From Octopus bimaculoides (Eukaryota), in assembly GCF_001194135.2 (NCBI RefSeq), contig NC_068998.1:18382470-18446469 (forward strand): a DNA stretch of 64,000 nucleotides. The letters are read 5' to 3'. Positions within the stretch are counted from its first letter, which is position 1; every line of letters begins with the position of its first letter. Positions 12,020-25,629 of the stretch are shown in pieces. A model generated the notes under the pieces. It did not search any database. It was not told the origin of the DNA and worked only from the letters and a program-made list of their open reading frames with translations. The position numbers and the translations under genes were made by a program.

Positions 12020-12560
12020 AGACAGAATTCTTTGCAGTCTCTGTTCTAATACCAGGTTGTATTGACCTCACTTTCCCTTGGACAGAATTAATGGCATGGA
12101 GTTCTTTGTGTCCACTGGCGGTTCTTTGTGTCCAAAGATAGCAAGGAAGAAAGAGATTGCCTATATACAGAGTTGTGGCTGCAACATACCAGTACCATCC
12201 AGTACCTGTCAATTTTGTCTCTTCTCCATTAGTGCAGGGATTTTTTTCCTGCCCGTACTTAGTGGTTTTAAAGTGAGTCAGCTCACACAATCCAATCCCA
12301 CTCCTCAGACTTGGAAGTCTGACCACAGTGACTCAGTGGGTTCAGACGGCTGCAATGACCAGCAAACTGTAGGTTCTTTACTGGAATGGCCTCTACCTAG
12401 GAGAATTGCCTTACGGAGTTGGAGATCTCCACCTACCTGGAATTACCAGAAGGGTGTGGAAAAGAGCACTAGACTGCCTGAAGGACTTCACTCCTTGATA
12501 TGCTGTCAAGGTTGTCCCACATAGCCTTTTCCTTTCCCAAAGCACTCACAAGGAAGTGAG
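12020..12560 (-). mobile_element. Highly decayed LINE (RTE/RTEX-like) reverse-transcriptase C-terminal fragment
   Basis: Fragmentary minus-strand motifs (WYWYVAA..., CYLWTQ, QGKVRS) loosely match the RTE/RTEX thumb region LAGH...LLLWxP..GKR.RGRP. Many stops and frameshifts. Confidence 0.3.
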
Positions 12561-13302
12561 GGTTTGTGCTTGCAGTTTCTTCTATAAAATGCTAATTAAT
12601 CCATAGCTGGGACCCTGATGGGTGCTGCTACTCTGGGTCAAAGTAGACCTGGGAACAATAATGGCTCAGGGTTAGTTTCACACTCTTCAAAACCCTGAAA
12701 CTTGCAAACAAGGGCCCCACTACCGGTTGCAGTTTAAAGTTACACCCAGGACATTATGGGTAGCAGCTAGTCTTCTTCACAATACTATGCTTAGATCTGT
12801 GGCCAGGCAAGTGACTGTTCAGATGCTAAAATCCATAGTCAGCTATGACTATGATTAGAAGAGTCCTAAAGAACTTCTAAAATGTGAGAACTTACAGTTT
12901 CTATTTCAGTTCCTCTTACAGCAAAAGCTACAAGCAATAAAAATCAGCATTTTACTCAAAGGAAGATTTGAATCTCATCTACATAAATACTATGGAAACC
13001 AAAGATAATTGCTCTTGGAATACTGGAATCAAAAAGAGTAATGAGTTCTGAAAATAAACAACTAATAAAAAACAAAATAAATATCTACAGTAAGAGTTTG
13101 AATTCATGAAAATGAAAATGAAGCATATCCTCTTTCTACCTTTTATGGATCTGCAAGAGATATTTGATACTCCAATTCCTCTCAACACAGTAGTAAACCT
13201 CAACTATCTCTTACAGAATGAACTCATTACCATTAAGATCGCCACTATCCTCATCTTACAACAGTTATACTTGAATTCCAGATTGTTGTTGGTCTTGTTT
13301 CT

Positions 13303-13645
13303 CGTGTGAGTGACGTGTAAAATGTACTTGTGCTGGTGACATGTAAAAAGCACCTGTGCCAGTGACTGCAAAAGGAACCTGTGCCAGTGATATGTAAACG
13401 GCACCCATGCAAGCGACATGTAAAAGTCACCCATGTCAGTGATGTGTAAAAGAAGCCCATGCCAGTAACATGTTAAAGACACACAGTACACTCTATGGAG
13501 TGGTTTGCATTAGGAAGGGCATCCAACCATAAAAACCAAGCTAAAACAGACTGGAACCTGGTACAGCTCTCCAGCTTACCAATTTCAGTCAACCCATCTA
13601 ACTCATGCCAGCATGAGAAACAGATGCTAAATGATGATGACGATG
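13303..13645 (+). mobile_element. Family B SINE, old copy with ~24-bp tandem units upstream of the core
   Basis: About seven degenerate GTGCCAGTGACATGTAAAAAGCACC units, then GGAGTGGTTTGCATTAGGAAGGGCATCCAAC and a (GAT)n tail. Confidence 0.75.
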
Positions 13646-15098
13646 ATAATGTGGCCAGCAATGATTATAAAATCCTATATAATTCATTTTCTGCATGTAG
13701 GCACAAGCATAACTATGTGGCTAAGAAGTTTGCTTCCTGACTACATGCTTCCAGTTTCAGTCCCACTGCATGGAACCTTGTGCAAGAGTCTTCTACTATA
13801 GATGTGTGGACTGACCAAAACCTTGACACTGGATTTGACGGAAAGGAAATAAAAGAAGCCCATTGTATATATGTATGTGAGTTAATGACTCCATGTCTTT
13901 ACATCAAATGATAGTTGAAAACAAATGTCACTGTCATACAGATGACATCCTTCATTTCTAATCTTCTATGCAAACATGTCTGGCCATGGGAAATATTACC
14001 GTACTTGGAAATAGGTGAGGGTTGGTGATAGGAAGGGCATCTGGCCAGAGAAAATCTGTCCCAGCATATTCCACCTGGACCATGAAGGATGGAAAAGTGT
14101 ACATTAAAATGACGATGATGGTGATGATAATGATGAAATACATTCAATTGCAATATTTGTTTGTTCAGAATATTTATCTCGTCTCTGATGAGTTATTGAT
14201 ACAATGTGTTAATCAGTATTATCTCTTATTGTCTTTAGCCGATATTCTTGAGCTTAGCTAGACACAATTAAAGCTCAGGTTAAAGATAATACATGTTCAG
14301 ATCCAGACAATTAAAATTGAATACACATTTCAATTACTGACAAAATATGTTCAACATAACACTGAAATGTTATGAAAACTAAACAGATGCAGACATGAAT
14401 GTGTGCTTAAGAAGCTCACTTTGCAACCAGTTTCAGGTTCAGTCCCACTGCATGGTATTTTAGGCAGGTGTCTTTTACTACAGCCCCAAGCCAAGCAAAG
14501 CCTTGTAAATGAATTTGGAAGATGGAAACTGTGTGATCAGCTTGAAAAATTGTTAAGATATAAAGATATAATATTAAGAACAATTTGGATGCTAAAGGGG
14601 TAGTGTAAAGTTGTAATGTTATCTTAGAAGTGTCATACAAGCAGTGCCTTTTGTTTCCAATCTTCCATGAGAACATATCTGGTCATGGGGAAATATCACT
14701 TGATTTGGAAATAAAGGGGTGGGTTGGTGACAGGAAGAACATCCAGCCATAAAAAAAAACCTACCTCAATTAATTCTGTCTGGCCCATGCAAGCGTGGAA
14801 AAGTGGACATCAAATCGATGACAATGACAATAAATGATGGCTACAGTGGTGGTGGAGGTGGGGACTTTTTAAAGTCTTGTACTTATTCTATTGATCTCTT
14901 TTGCTGCACCACTAAATTACAATTATTTATGGGATGACCCAATATATATACATACATACACACACATATATACACACACATGCACATAAATGTTGAATGA
15001 TTAAAATGAGTACTCAATACTGCATTGGTGGATAGAATTTCTTTATTTGTGTATTAAGGCTACCATTGGTTTCATGTTAAGAAAAATATCTTAATATC

Positions 15099-15308
15099 TT
15101 AACAATTATTCTGTCTAAAGTAATGCTTAATCATTCACATTGTTTTATTTTAATCATGCATTATCTCATAGCTTTAAGATTTCAATGACATGATTGCGTA
15201 TTTTTAGAATTTTTAGGTAGGTGTGAAAGGCCAGATCTAGCTGGTTTGAACACAAAACATGTAGAATATTTGGGCTGGATATGGGTGGTTTAAATACTAA
15301 AGGGTTAA
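15099..15308. mobile_element. piggyBac-like MITE copy (left TIR lost)
   Basis: Body matches 11482-11705 and ends TTAAATACTAAAGGG|TTAA. Confidence 0.75.
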
Positions 15309-15353
15309 GGAGTGGAACATACAATTTCCTGTAATTCAGACTGCCCCATGGTC

Positions 15354-15452
15354 CCAGCAGACAGAATGGAAAAGGTGCTGCCCTGGAGGAAGGCAAGGGA
15401 AATGTGCTGGGACAGCCACTCTAACTCATGGGACTCTCACTTGCAGATAGCC
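15354..15452 (+). mobile_element. Possible remnant of the restriction-like endonuclease region of a CRE/NeSL-type non-LTR element
   Basis: Frame reads PADRMEKVLPWRKAREMCWDSHSNSWDSHL, similar to RPDGxTxxPWxxGKxLxWDxT...LAxSHL. The match is short. Confidence 0.35.
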
Positions 15453-15578
15453 ATCTCCACCCCAAGAAAAATAAATGAATAAGAAGAGCTCAGAGATTTA
15501 CTTCTAATTTCCTACACTCGTGCATTTAATATTCAATGTAAAGAGCGCAAAGAACACAACAAATTTCCTCCCAGCAAT

Positions 15579-15966
15579 TGTTGTTGTTGGCACTCCGTCG
15601 CTTACGACGTCGAGGGTTCCAGTTGATCCGATCAACGGAACAGCCTGCTCGTGAAATTAACGTGCAAGTGGCTGAGCAATCCACAGACAAGTGTACCTTT
15701 AATGTAGTTCTCGGGGATATTCAGCGTGACACAGTGTGACAAGGCTGACCCTTTGAATTACAGGCACAAGAGAAACAGGAAGAAAGAATGAGAGAAAGTT
15801 GTGGTGAAAGTGTACAGCAGGTTTCGCCACCATCCCCTGCCGGAGCCTCGTGGAGCTTTAAGTGTTTTCTCTCAATAAACACTCACAACGCCCGGTCTGG
15901 GAATTGAAACTGCGATCCTATGACCGCAAGTCCGCTGCCCTAACCACTGGACCATTGCGCCTCCAC
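15579..15966 (-). mobile_element. tRNA-headed SINE, family D (full length, (AAC)n tail)
   Basis: Minus head GGAGGCGCAATGGTCCAGTGGTTAGGGCAGCGG...GTTTCAATTCCC, and a 12-bp TSD CCTCCCAGCAAT (15567-15578, 15967-15978). Confidence 0.95.
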
Positions 15967-16382
15967 CCTCCCAGCAATAAATCAAAAGAAACTAACACCG
16001 CTATCAGCATCATCATTATAATAAATGCAAGCCAACAAAAGGAGGTTCTATGTGGTGGCTTGAGTTACAAGAAAAAGCAGTCAAATCTCTTTCGAAGCAC
16101 ATCTCACAATATTAAATAGATAAAGATTTATTGAATAATGTAAGTTAGTCCTTGATATACAAAAAGATATGATGGCTACACCCGGAGATCCTTTCATCCA
16201 AGGTTTGCTTGATCAGGACTAACCTACAGGTTAAACAAAAGCAACTCTGGCAACAATAGTAACAACAATGATGACAACAACAGCAAAAACAATAATATTA
16301 TAATCATTGTGTCCATCTTCAATATTTATATTATGACCACATTCAATGTATCTTCTATTTCTGTCCAATGATCTTATCTATA

Positions 16383-16438
<56 letters not shown>

Positions 16439-16971
16439 CATATATACACACACACACAGACACACATATATGATTATATGTGTGTACTTGTGTTGGTGTG
16501 ATTTTCCAGTAGTTTCTGTGCATTCGTGTGTGTGTAAGCAATGTGTGTTTCCATACACACACTGACTAGTACAATAATTATGAAGAATCAATATTTAAGA
16601 AAATCAATAGAACCAGTAAATAATATAGGACAGAATAAAAAGAAACAAAGGCAAGCTGCAGAGTAATAGCTACAATCCATAATAAAAGCAGGGAACATCT
16701 ACATGATCCCCAAACTTACTGGAAATAGCAACCAAATTCCACCAAGTCACAGCCCCAACAGACTTAAAAATGAAAGGAATGCATTCGCTGTTGTTGTTCC
16801 AGGAAGCCTAAAAAAAGACTTGATGCAGGCCATGGGCTGGAATGGCTTCTTTGATTATAGATCTGTAGGTATGCTCAATTAGGACTGACCCTGGGTTAAA
16901 GAACATCAACAGTAACAACAATAATATCCAGCATCAAAAATAACAACAACAACAGCAGCAGCAGTGATAGT

Positions 16972-17392
16972 TGTTGTTGTTACTCCGTCGCTTATGACGC
17001 CGAGGGTTCCAGTTGATCCGATCAACGGAACAGCCTGCTCGTGAAATTAACGTGCAAGTGGCNNNNNNNNNNTGCTCGTGAAATTAACGTGCAAGTGGCT
17101 GAGCACTCCACAGACACGTGTACCCTTAACGTAGTTCTCGGGGAGATCCAGTGTGACACAGTGTGACAAGGCTGACCCCTTTGAATTACAGGCACGACAG
17201 AAACAGGAAGTAAGAGTGACAGAAAGTTGTGGTGAAAGAGTACAGCAGGGTTCGCCACCATCCCCTGCCGGAGCCTCGTGGAGCTTTAGGTGTTTTTGCT
17301 CAATAAACACTCACAACACCCGGTCTGGGAATCGAAACCGCGATCCTATGACCGCAAGTCCGCTGCCCTAACCACTGGGCCATTGCGCCTCT
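16972..17392 (-). mobile_element. tRNA-headed SINE, family D (full length, contains a 10-N gap)
   Basis: Near-identical to 15579-15966. TSD GCAGCAGT(G/A)ATAGT at 16958-16971 and 17393-17406. Confidence 0.95.
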
Positions 17393-19074
17393 GCAGCAGT
17401 AATAGTAGCAATATATAAAAACTAGGAGAACTAGAAGTGTCTGATAGCCAGAATATGCCACACTAAAAGTTAGCATTGCACTTCAGAGTTAACGTGAGAT
17501 GAAGTCTCAACACTCAAGAGTATTCAGTGAAATGTTTATACACCACATATTTTTGTGTACTTAAGCATGTGTCCGTCCTTTAGACAAGCTAAAAGACAAT
17601 TATTTTCCTTAGACATACTCAACAGTTGTGGTGCTAAAAGCAACAAATTTTAAGAATTGTCAGATCATTGAATACAGTGCTTTGTAGTATTTGTTACAAT
17701 TTTCTGCACTCTAAGTTCAAATCCTACCAGATATCAACTTTATATTTCATCCTTTTGTAGTTGGGGTGGAGGAATTGATAAATGAAAGTATATATAAACT
17801 TAAGCAAGTGTCTTCTATTACAGCCCTAAGCCAGTCACCAATGCCTTGTGAGTGAATTTGGTAGATGGAAACTATTTGTGGAAGTCCATCATGTATCATC
17901 ATGTCTCATCATCATCATCATCATCATTATCATTCTGTAACATCTGTTTTCCATGCTGGCATGGTTTGGATGGTTTGACAAGCTCAGGAGAACTGCACTG
18001 GGTTCTAGTCTGATTTGGCTTGGTTTCTATGGCTTGGTGCCTTTCTCAATATCAATCACTTTACAGAAAAGTAATAAAGGTCTGTGATGTTACTTCACTT
18101 GGGATTTCAATGACCTTCCAAATTGTTATAATTTTGCCTAGTTTCCAAATTCTTCAGATTTAGCAGTATTAATTGGCTCAAGGTGATAGTAGAAGACACT
18201 TTCCCAAAATGCCATGCAGTGAGACCGAACCCTAAACCATGTAACGGGGAAGCAGACTTCTTAACCACACAGCTATGCTTGTAGTTGATATATTTTACTA
18301 CTCATTTTTGCAATATGGAGTGTGACATATCTGTTATTTTTGATGTTCTGTATAATATTTTACCATTTTTTTTTTCTGGTGGTTTATTTTGGATACAAAT
18401 ATTTGTCAGTGGATTTTTCTTTTTTATGTAATGCTGTTTTATGAGTGGTAATAGTGTATTGTTTTATAGTTTATCCTTACTTTTTACAAGGCTGGAAGTT
18501 ATTTCTCTTGCATAATTAAGAATGTTGTTTTATGGGATAAGTTTTCTAGTCGTGCCTATAATTTATTTATTAAATTATACACTAGTTTCTGTGTTGCTGA
18601 TTGTAGAGCTGCTAAATTCTGTGAACCTTGATTTTGTTTTATAGTAAGACAGTGAAGTTAGTGGTGGTGATGGCGGTGACAATTGTGATGTGTGTGTGTA
18701 TGTAGATTTGGTGATACAAACAGGAAAATAGAATGCAAAACAGGAGTATATATAATTTATTTTTATTAATTTGCAAACTCAAGGGCCAAGAGTTTTTTGC
18801 ATTGACACTTATCATATTATTACTAGAACAGACCTAAGAATAGATGCAGGAAAATGATCTGGTTTGCCCACCCCCCCCTCCACACTTCTCCCTAGATGCT
18901 AAAACTGACGTAAGAGATTATCACAAATACAGAAAGATCTTTAACAGATTCTCAATTAAATTATCATATACCTTCTGCCTCAATATGAAATTCATCATTA
19001 CCCATAAACACCACCAAGAGCCCACTCCCAGTTGTAACTGTCAAGACCCTGGAGCTTTGTCCACTTGACCAGGC

Positions 19075-19490
19075 ATGCATGATAATCTCTGTCATATATG
19101 AGGTAGCAGTAACAGCGATGCTACATAATAACCTCACTGAAAAAAGAAATTGTATCAGGTTATGCAAAGGCAACTTCAAAAAATGCTATGCTAACCACCT
19201 AACTTCTTTCTGGCATATGGACAAAAATAAAGCCATTAAGTTGGCTAACCATGTACGGGACTATCAAAGTGAAAATCATAGAAAAATCCATGCCATATGT
19301 TAATGGATTTAAAAAATGCAAGTTATGTGATTGAAAAGATCACCTATCCTTTTTATATCCGAGAATTCCACTGCACTGCTGAATTCCAGATCAGAAATTT
19401 GCCGCAAATGCAAACACATGAACAAATTTCTTTTGGTGAGTTAGATTGTCAAACAATCCAACTATCCCAGCATAGGAGGATGTGAAATGA
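19075..19490 (+). mobile_element. Decayed RTE-clade LINE fragment (post-RT thumb region)
   Basis: IYEVAVTAMLH resembles VYxAVVLSTLLYG, RNCIRLCKGNFKKC resembles RHIxxLExFHxRC, and EQISFGEL resembles KQLLYGEL. The motifs are in the right order across frameshifts. Confidence 0.6.
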
Positions 19491-20984
19491 TGATGATCAT
19501 GAAGATAGTACACATAACACACACATAAATATATATATTATATCATATTATCTTACTATATATTATATCATATTATCTTATTATATCATATTATCTTACC
19601 TTATATTATATAAGTGTATTCTGTGTTGCTATTTTTATTTTGAATGCTTTAATAGATTTTCAATGTTGTTTATGCTATATACAAAAGGCATGATTTTATG
19701 TATGCCATGAGGCCCCATCAATATTATGGATATGGTCTTTACTTTGTGACTAGTTTCAACCAGAGGACTGTGGTCATACTGGAACACCACTTACAGGGTT
19801 TGTTCAATTGTATAAGAGTATAATTATAGATTTGAAGTATCTTGTGTTATGTTGTGTTGTAGTTGTAAAAATGTTACTTGAACTAGCAATATGAATGTCA
19901 CATGCCATGATAACATTTTTAGTTCATTTTTTTGTACTGTTCGGGTTACTACTTGTGAATTGTAGTTGACTTTTTAAAAAATGTTGGTGGTTTGCTTACA
20001 AGGTTTACTTTCCTTGGATTTTTAAAAGTATTCTGTGTAGAGAAAAGGGAGATAACAATAATGCTTCCTGTTTTTTACAATTGTTATCCTTATTATCATT
20101 ATTGTTTCTGAAATGTCATGCAGTTATGTGGAGTTTAGTAAATAGTGTTGTTTGAATATATTTATGTGAGTACAATGGACAATACTTACTCTTTTTTTTG
20201 AGATTAGAATCCCCATTCTCACATACCATCCACATATGACCATGTGTTTCTGTGAACCAGACTTGAATTATTTGACTGGCATTCAAGTCATGACTATCCT
20301 GTCGTTTATTATTTTTTCTCAGGACCATTTTATGCAGAATATCTATTTTTAAGATGGTAGTAAAAATTTGAAGTAGAACAACTGTATAAAAGTTCCTTTA
20401 TTGGTTTGAATGGAGATTGATATGGATGATAGTAGCAGTAGTGATAATCAAGATGGTAATCTGTTAGTGACTTCTAAGTATTAAGAGCAGATGATGGAAA
20501 GAGTGGTAAACAATGGTAAAAATCCAATGGTATGTATGACAACATTGTAACTTGTATCATTTTGATGAGGGTTGCTGTGCAATTATGCTGATATTAGTAG
20601 AAATGTTACTGATACCAGTAATAGAGATATTAGTGATGATATTCATGGAAGTAATGGTAACAGTGATGATGGTTACAGCTGTGGCAGTGGGTGTAATTGT
20701 TGTAGAAGGGTGAGATTATGGTGATGGTACAGCAGCAGTGGTGTTTGTGAAATGAACTTTCAAGCTTCATGAAATGAAACCTAATGACAACCTTTAGTTA
20801 ATGTACATACCATATTTGATGGCACATAAGCTAAACTTTTTCAAAAAAGAAAAAGAATCTTCAGTAAAAAAAAAATCACCCTTGGTCCTATATACAAAAT
20901 TGGTTCATCCCATAAGCCAATTTTGTCTCTGATGCTCACTACTATAGGCTAATTTTGATCCTGAAATTAGGGTTCATCTAATAT

Positions 20985-21320
20985 AAGGGTAAAGAACCCC
21001 TTCAGTCATGAATGACCATGGGATTGCAACTACAAAGTTACCCTCCGAGGTACAAGTCCAAGTAAGGTTTTTAATGGAAGACCAGCAGTTGCTCATGCAT
21101 ACCAGTCTTCCCTCTCCAACACCACCGATTTTATCCAAGGGAAAGGCAAAGGCTGATACAGCCTGGCACTAATGACATCACAACTCATTTCTACAGATAA
21201 GTGAATTGGAGCAATGTGAAATAAAGTGTCTTTCTCAAGAACACAACACACAGCCAGTCAGGGAATCAAACTCACTACCTCGTGATTGTGAGCCCAACGC
21301 TTTAACCACTGAGCCTATGC
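20985..21320 (-). mobile_element. tRNA-headed SINE, family E
   Basis: Reverse complement of 6388-6728 and 28891-29246. Confidence 0.9.
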
Positions 21321-22390
21321 CATCAAAAACAGTAGTATGCAATGAACAGTAGCAACAGTAGATAAGACAACTAATAACAACAAAAACCCAAAACATATAT
21401 ATATATACGTGCAGCACTTTGGTGGGTATAGGGCAGCCTAGGCAACCCTTATCAAGCTGTGGACCACATGAGACAGGCCTCATCATCTGGTGGGTTGCAC
21501 TACTATAAAATTTAAGGTAGTTTATTTTGTTAGGTGTACCATTCAAGGAGTCCCGCAGGTTGTAGGTTACTCATGACTGGTATAGGGGGATTTAAGGGCT
21601 GATGTTTAACTGTAGTATTCTGGTGAGAAGAGTATTCCCAAAGTAATTGATACTTATTTCAGATAACTAAATAAACTGAGCTACTTAGAATTAAATGTAC
21701 TGTACAAATACATAACAGAATGCCTGCCCAACATTTGAACTCAAAAACTTTTGCACTGGTAGCTCAAGACATCCATTTGATCACATTTTACAGCTATGTA
21801 ATGATTTTGAATGTCAAGAAATTAAAAATGAAAATTAAAACTGAAATAAACCTGTAGTCAGCTAAGCAGACTGAGCAAGCTTCTATTTGTAGCATAGTCC
21901 TGCTAATTTCTCATTAACTTTAGTAAGTACAATTATTTTAATGCAACATCTGACACTGAATTCATTGAATCAGTTACTGAATTACCACACATCACTCATC
22001 TATTCCTCAGATAAACAGCTTTTAGAAATGGATATGGATGTTTAAGGTAATTAATCTGCTTTGCTTTGAAACATTACAAACAAGCTCATAAAACAGTTTT
22101 ATTATAGAGTATTGACTAATTATTATTTTACAGATATACCTCATTTGGATACTGTGGTTTGCAAAACAAGCAGACAAATTAGGTTGTATATCACAAAGAT
22201 CATTTCTATGGAGATATTTGATGAGACCTCACAAGCTACTAATGTAACTGATTCAATATAAATTTGAGCAACTTCTGCAACCCTTGACAACAAACAAATT
22301 AGTTTTGAGATGAAAACAAAGAGAGGCACTAACTCAATACATGGATCAAAACTGACACACAAGAAATGGAGAGACAGTGGATATATATAT

Positions 22391-22842
22391 CGTTTGCCAG
22401 TGCCCCCGGACTGGCTCATGTGCGGGCGACACATGAAATCTTTCGAGCGGGATCGTTGCCAGTGCCCCTGGACTGGCTCATGTGCGGGCGACACATGATA
22501 TCCTTCGTGCGAGATCGTTGCCAGTGCCCATGGACTGGCTCTTGTGTGAGTGACGCATGAGGTTTTTCGAGCGAGATCGTTGCCGGTGCCCCTGGACTGG
22601 CTCTTGTGCAGGTGGCACATAAAAGACACCATTTCGAGCGTGGTCGTTTTCGTGCGGGTGACACGTAAAAGCACCCACTACACTCTCGGAGTGGTTGGCG
22701 TTAGGAAGGGCATCCAGCTGTAGAAACTCTGCCAAATTAGATTGGAGCCTGGTGTTGCCATCCGGTTTCACCAGTCCTCAGTCAAATCGTCCAACCCATG
22801 CTAGCATGGAAGGCGGACGTTAAACGATGATGATGATGATGA
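22391..22842 (+). mobile_element. Family B element, young copy with four 62-bp tandem units and (GAT)n tail
   Basis: TGCC(A/G)GTGCCC recurs at 22395, 22457, 22519 and 22581 (exact 62-bp period), followed by the core GGAGTGGTTGGCGTTAGGAAGGGCATCCAGCTGTAGAAACTCTGCC and the tail. Confidence 0.95.
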
Positions 22843-23439
22843 AGAAATCAAAAGAAAATGAATGGTCCAACAGATATGAAATATGAAGTAGACATAGAAA
22901 ATGAGCGACAAGAAGTCCAAAAAGTTCAAAAGTATCAAAGCTGTCTATGGTTGGTGCGGGTGGGAAGCAAGAAAATTAAGTGGTCTGCAAAAAATAAAAT
23001 GAACAGCAAGAAGTTAATAAATGAAAAAGACATTACCACTCAGTAATTCTTTAATGCAATGAAATATGATATCTTCTATTAAATACAGAGACTAGACATG
23101 GTAAAGGCAACTTAGAATATGACTGAAATAGTCAAAAGAAAAATGGCTGAGTAACACATGGATTGTTAATTCCAATTTGCAGCATGCATTTCATTGTTTT
23201 CCATCGCAGACACTTCATTCAACATCTAAGCTCACCCAAGTGAAAGAAGTAAGTACCAGCCGTTCTTTTTTTTTTTATAGAAAAGTTACTTTCAATAGAC
23301 TAGCATCCTATATAACTGAGATTTATCTCTCAATTAAAATGCTATTGAAAACTGGACCATTATAATTTGTGAGAGGATTAACTTTTAACTCTACCTAAGC
23401 AGACTGGATAAAATATAAACTGTAGCCAAAATGAACAAT

Positions 23440-23599
23440 AGGTGTAGGTGTGGCTGTGTGGTAAGAAGCCTCCTTCCTGATCACATGTTCTGGGGTCAGT
23501 CCCACTGCGTGGCACCTTGGGCAAATGTCTTCTACTTTAGCCTCAGGCTGGCCAAAGCCTTGTGAGAGGATTTGATAGACAGAAACTGAAAGAAACCCA

Positions 23600-23641
<42 letters not shown>

Positions 23642-23768
23642 NNNNNNNNNNNNNNNNNNNNNNNNNNNNNNNNNNNNNNNNNNNNNNNNNNNNNNNNNNN
23701 NNNNNNNNNNNNNNNNNNNNNNNNNNNNNNNNNNNNNNNNNNNNNNNNNNNNNNNNNNNNNNNNNNNN

Positions 23769-23808
<40 letters not shown>

Positions 23809-23998
23809 TACTGCCTGACAACCGGTGACGGTTTGTTTCCATCCCCATAACTTGGCAGTTTGGCAAAAAGAGACCAGTAGAATAAGTATCAGGTTTTAAA
23901 AAGAAATAAGTAGTGAGGTTGATTCATTTAACTAAAGGTTCTTCAAGGCAGTGCCCGAGCATGGCTACAGTCTAAAGAGTAAAACAAGATGAAAGAAT
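23440..23998 (+). mobile_element. Family A SINE with internal (CA)n-gap-(GA)n
   Basis: Head GTGTGGCTGTGTGGTAAGAAG, core GGCACCTTGGGCAAATGTCTTCTAC, 3' half AGTAGAATAAGTATCAGG...GGCAGTGCCCGAGCATGGC. Confidence 0.9.
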
Positions 23999-24577
23999 AG
24001 TGACATTAGTGATGGTGGTGTCGAAGCACAAAGCCACACATATTTGGGGGAGGGACACCATTATTATTGTTTAATGTCCACTTTTCCATGTTTGCTTGGG
24101 TTAGACAGAATTCATAGATGTGGATTTTCTACAACTGGCTACAACTGGATGCCCTTCCAGCCACCAACCTTTTACCTGTTTCCAAACAAGGCAATGTTTT
24201 CCCATGGCCAGACATGTCTTTCATGGAAGACTGGAAATGAACAACACTGCTTGTATGATGGTGATACTTGTTTACAACCATCACGTGATGTCAAGACAAG
24301 AGTATACACACATATGCACACACACACACACAAACACACATACATACATATATACACACATATATGAATAAACACCCACACATATACGATTGAGCTTTCA
24401 AGTTCTGTCTGTCAAATCTGCTCATAAGGCTTTGCTCAGTCTAGAGCTATAGCAGAAGAAACATAGCCATGGTGCCACACAGTATAGAACTGAACTCAAC
24501 CACAGAATCATGCCTGCATCTCTTTGGGTAAGAGAACATTCAATGAAACTAACTGCAGTAATTTGCTAGTATTTTAT

Positions 24578-24845
24578 TCTGAGCGAGATCGTTGCCAGTG
24601 CCCCTGGACTGGCTCTTGTGCAGGTGGCACATAAAATACACCATTTTGAGCGTGGCCGTTGCCAGTATCGCCTGACTGGGTGACACATAAAAGCACCTAC
24701 TACACTCTCGGAGTGGTTGGCGTTAGGAAGGGCATCCAGCTGTAGAAACTCTGCCAAATCAGATTGGAGCCTGGTGTAGCCTTCGGGCTCCACCAGTCCT
24801 CAGTCAAATCGTCCAACCCATGCTAGCATGGAAAGCGGACGTTAA

Positions 24846-24885
<40 letters not shown>
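24578..24885 (+). mobile_element. Family B element, young copy
   Basis: Near-identical core and 3' end to 22391-22842, with a long (GAT)n tail. Confidence 0.95.
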
Positions 24886-24886
<1 letters not shown>

Positions 24887-25329
24887 ATTCTTTAGAAGAA
24901 AGAAAGGCAAAGTCAACTATGGTAAGATTTAAATACAGAAAATAAAGTGAATAAACTAAAATGCCACAAAGTATTTTATGTGCAGCCACTTTAACACATT
25001 CTGCCATCCACCAGCCTCGTTACTGCCACCACCGCTGCAGCTGCCACCTCCACCAACAACAACAAGCTTCAAACAATCAGTCCATTTCCCAACAGATAAA
25101 AGACAATGTATGGCCCAAGAGATCAAGACTAAGAATAACAGCTTAAAGTTGTTGTTAACCTTTTGGTACAACCAGAATAAGTAATAGTTGCCATACCAAA
25201 ATAGATGCCATTTATTATATTATCTTTGTCGTGAAATTGAGAAAGCAGCATCAAGTTTGGAGAGTTTCTGATTCTGAGTCGCAATTCTGTTGAGGTCACT
25301 ACCGTGGTCAATGAAATAAAGTATAAATT

Positions 25330-25405
25330 TTACACACACACACACAAGTACATGTATCTATGAGTGTATACATGTGCGTGTGTGTTTGTGTGTATGTGTG
25401 TGTGA

Positions 25406-25437
<32 letters not shown>

Positions 25438-25548
25438 CCCCCCACATATATGTGCATGTTTGTCTGTCTATCTGTGTGTATGTGTATGCATACATATGTA
25501 AGCATGTATCATATATATATGTACATACATATGTATGTACGGATGTGG

Positions 25549-25629
<81 letters not shown>

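Noticed and set aside
12078-12524. 148-aa + strand ORF
   Set aside because: No recognisable domain or splice context. It is antisense to weak LINE-like motifs and most likely a chance frame.
15900-15966. tRNA-like sequences (also at 17330-17392, 28891-28960, 38750-38810, 52615-52680)
   Set aside because: These are SINE heads. They have A/B boxes but no intact acceptor stem, and run straight into repeat bodies with TSDs.
17034-17100. Direct duplication TGCTCGTGAAATTAACGTGCAAGTGGC on both sides of a 10-N gap
   Set aside because: An unmerged contig overlap. The other family D copies have the segment once.
22395-22642. Regularly spaced repeats resembling a CRISPR array
   Set aside because: The whole 62-bp unit is repeated with no unique spacers, it is part of a dispersed retroelement, no cas genes are present and the DNA is eukaryotic.
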